A DNA stretch of 8,952 bases from the sequence record OY723331.1; one strand, 5' to 3'. Positions 7,384-8,952 of the stretch are shown piece by piece. The notes beneath the pieces are model-generated. The model saw nothing but the letters and a program-made list of their open reading frames with translations. It had not been told where the DNA came from and ran no database searches. Position 1 is the stretch's first letter. Each line of letters starts with the position of its first letter. The position numbers and the translations under genes were made by a program.

Positions 7384-8036
7384 GATGACATGATCTGATG
7401 CCATGATCTCATGATCTGATGGTATGATGAGTACATACTACTACATACTACTAGTACATGCATGCCATACCACCATAGTACCACTGTATGGTATGGTACA
7501 GGGTTAAGGTGCTATCCCTGAGGATGACCTATTCTGTGCATGCAGATAGTAGTGTATCTGTTCATACTACTACATCATTCCATACCACCATTGCATACAT
7601 GTATTCCATACCACCATTGTATACATTGCATGGTATGATGAGTACTAGTGTATTGCATGGTATACCTCTCTACCACTGTACCCATTACTACACACCATTA
7701 GTGTACTGCATAGCATACAGTAACAGCATGCAGTAGTAAGGAGTACGTGTATACTGTACTACTGCACATAGCCTTCAGCACTAAGATCCCATGCTATCCT
7801 GTGCATGCATGATTAGTAGATGCTCATGTGGAGAGTACTACAGAGGCATCAATACTACTAGCAGGTATCTATCTGAAGATAGGTATATCCTGTACTAGCA
7901 GTATATGTGTATCCGTGTATGTACTAGGGTAATGTTAAAGGTCACGTTATCGTCTACTAGTGCATAGTCTCTCCCTTGGTCCCTCACTCCCTGTATGGCA
8001 GTGTATATACCATGTAGAGATACTATGCACTAATAC
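7384..8036. other. Copy-2-specific 653-bp segment U, with no counterpart in copy 1
   Basis: Homology to copy 1 ends at 7383 and monomer-type homology resumes at gatgtgtatacct (8037). It contains only short internal repeats, e.g. ttccataccaccattg(c/t)atacat twice near 7577-7626, and a 19-nt match (7405-7423) to 946-964. Confidence 0.85.
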
Positions 8037-8708
8037 GATGTGTATACCTGTTCATTAAGTACATCATTAGATACATCAAACCATGTGTTTCATGTCATTA
8101 GATGTATCAATACATGATACTACTAGTACTCTCTAGATACTCATAGTACTCCATACACCTCTGCAATGGTGGTATGGTACCCGTACTCCCCATGTACTGT
8201 ATACCATAGGATACATGGTACTAATGGTGTGTATGCTGTTGTACTACTGGTATTAGATGTGTATACCTACTCATAATGAGTACTTCATGTCATCAAATCA
8301 TGTGTTTTCATGTCATCAAATGCATGCAATATCATGATATCTGGTGACTACTGGATACTCCCTAATGGCCATAATGGCTCCTTAGAGGTATGGGGATACT
8401 CCCCGTAGGCCTCTCGGTAGCCTGGATGTGCAGAGAGGGTATTCCCTGTGGAGGTGGTCTCCTCAGGTATCCCGTATGCCATATCCTGTCATTAGATGTG
8501 TATACCTACTCATTTCATGTCATCAAATGCATGCAATTACATGATGATACTGCTCATGAGTACCTACCTGTAGTAGTATACATGTGGTATCCATGGTATA
8601 CATGGTACTCGTAGTGTATGCTGTTAGGCTATGATATAGGGGTATCCCGTACCCCTCATATCCTCCGTGCATACTACTAGTATCCTGTGTATCACTAGAT
8701 ACTGTATA
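8037..8708. repeat. M-array 2 (copy 2): degenerate alpha - alpha carrying R-f - beta
   Basis: Boxes at 8091 (degenerate, catgtcattagatg), 8309 (with an upstream half-box at 8286) and 8516. The monomer order differs from copy 1. Confidence 0.85.
8364..8495. repeat. R element copy f (subfamily 2, extra copy found only in copy 2)
   Basis: Appears identical to R-c and R-e. It has the same immediate flanks (ctggatactccct | ... | atgtgtatacctactcatttcatgtcatcaaat) but a different wider context. Hairpin at 8445-8467. Confidence 0.92.
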
Positions 8709-8952
8709 TGATCATACGTGCAAACCATGTGTTCAGATGTCTCGAAACATGTGTTTTGGTGTCATGACATACACATTCTATACTACTAATGAGTACCTGT
8801 ACATGGTATGTGCTGTAAGGGATACTAGGGATATGGTGCATACCTCTAATGGGGCATATGCTGCCATTAGGGATACCCCCAATACCTGTAGTACTCTGTA
8901 TAGCTCATTACACCATGATATGCAATAGTAGTGGATTCGCTCATCTCGACTA
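8709..8952. repeat. Tail segment T (copy 2)
   Basis: Offset 4518/4517 from 4191-4435. Confidence 0.85.

Larger units (their letters stand above)
4436..8952. repeat. Macro-repeat unit, copy 2 (4517 bp), head-to-tail with copy 1
   Basis: Collinear with copy 1 apart from the listed indels and replacements. About 97-99% identity by eye in collinear parts. Confidence 0.95.

Noticed and set aside
7384-8036. Segment U or the R element as a classical transposon or IS insertion
   Set aside because: There are no terminal inverted repeats and no transposase-length ORF. The only flanking repeat is a 4-nt gatg microhomology for U, and no target-site duplication is visible for R. Recombination or conversion between monomers explains the junctions equally well.
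1-8952. The 30-odd ORFs of 60-116 aa in the supplied track as possible genes
   Set aside because: All are short, low-complexity and mutually overlapping on both strands. Duplicates exist only because the DNA is duplicated. Homologous ORFs change length or frame between copies through 1-bp and 22-bp indels. No start context or recognisable domain is visible. I also considered stop-codon reassignment, but TAA, TAG and TGA are all frequent in every frame, so no single reassignment would open a long frame.

Overview
I cannot support any protein-coding gene, rRNA, tRNA, CRISPR array or recognisable mobile-element gene in this 8,952-bp window. The longest ORF in six frames is 116 aa. The track ORFs are low-complexity and overlap on both strands. 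They recur only because the DNA is repeated, and non-triplet indels break them between paralogous copies. The window is exactly two head-to-tail, diverged copies of a composite repeat: 1-4435 and 4436-8952. The junction reads ...ctcgacta|gatcatgtcacg.... By eye, collinear parts are about 97-99% identical. The copies also differ by a 12-mer copy-number change (5 vs 2), a 22-bp indel, a ~610-bp vs 60-bp replacement and a 439-bp vs 1132-bp replacement. Each macro-unit is itself a two-fold [P-Q-M] structure. P is a G/C-run domain of degenerate 20-22-nt units of the type GGGTCCAAAA-N5-CATTTTAGG. Q is a ~260-280-bp segment. M is an array of ~190-240-bp monomers, each headed by a conserved CATGTCATCAAATGCATGC box. 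A 132-bp element (R) occurs six times, in both P and M contexts, and carries an invariant 23-nt hairpin. This architecture fits a non-coding higher-order satellite or composite tandem repeat, and the near-zero coding density argues against ordinary prokaryotic chromosome. I cannot assign an organism or a function from sequence alone. The most interesting items are the R element, the copy-2-specific 653-bp segment and the recombination junctions. I do not see evidence for a gene-encoded system.
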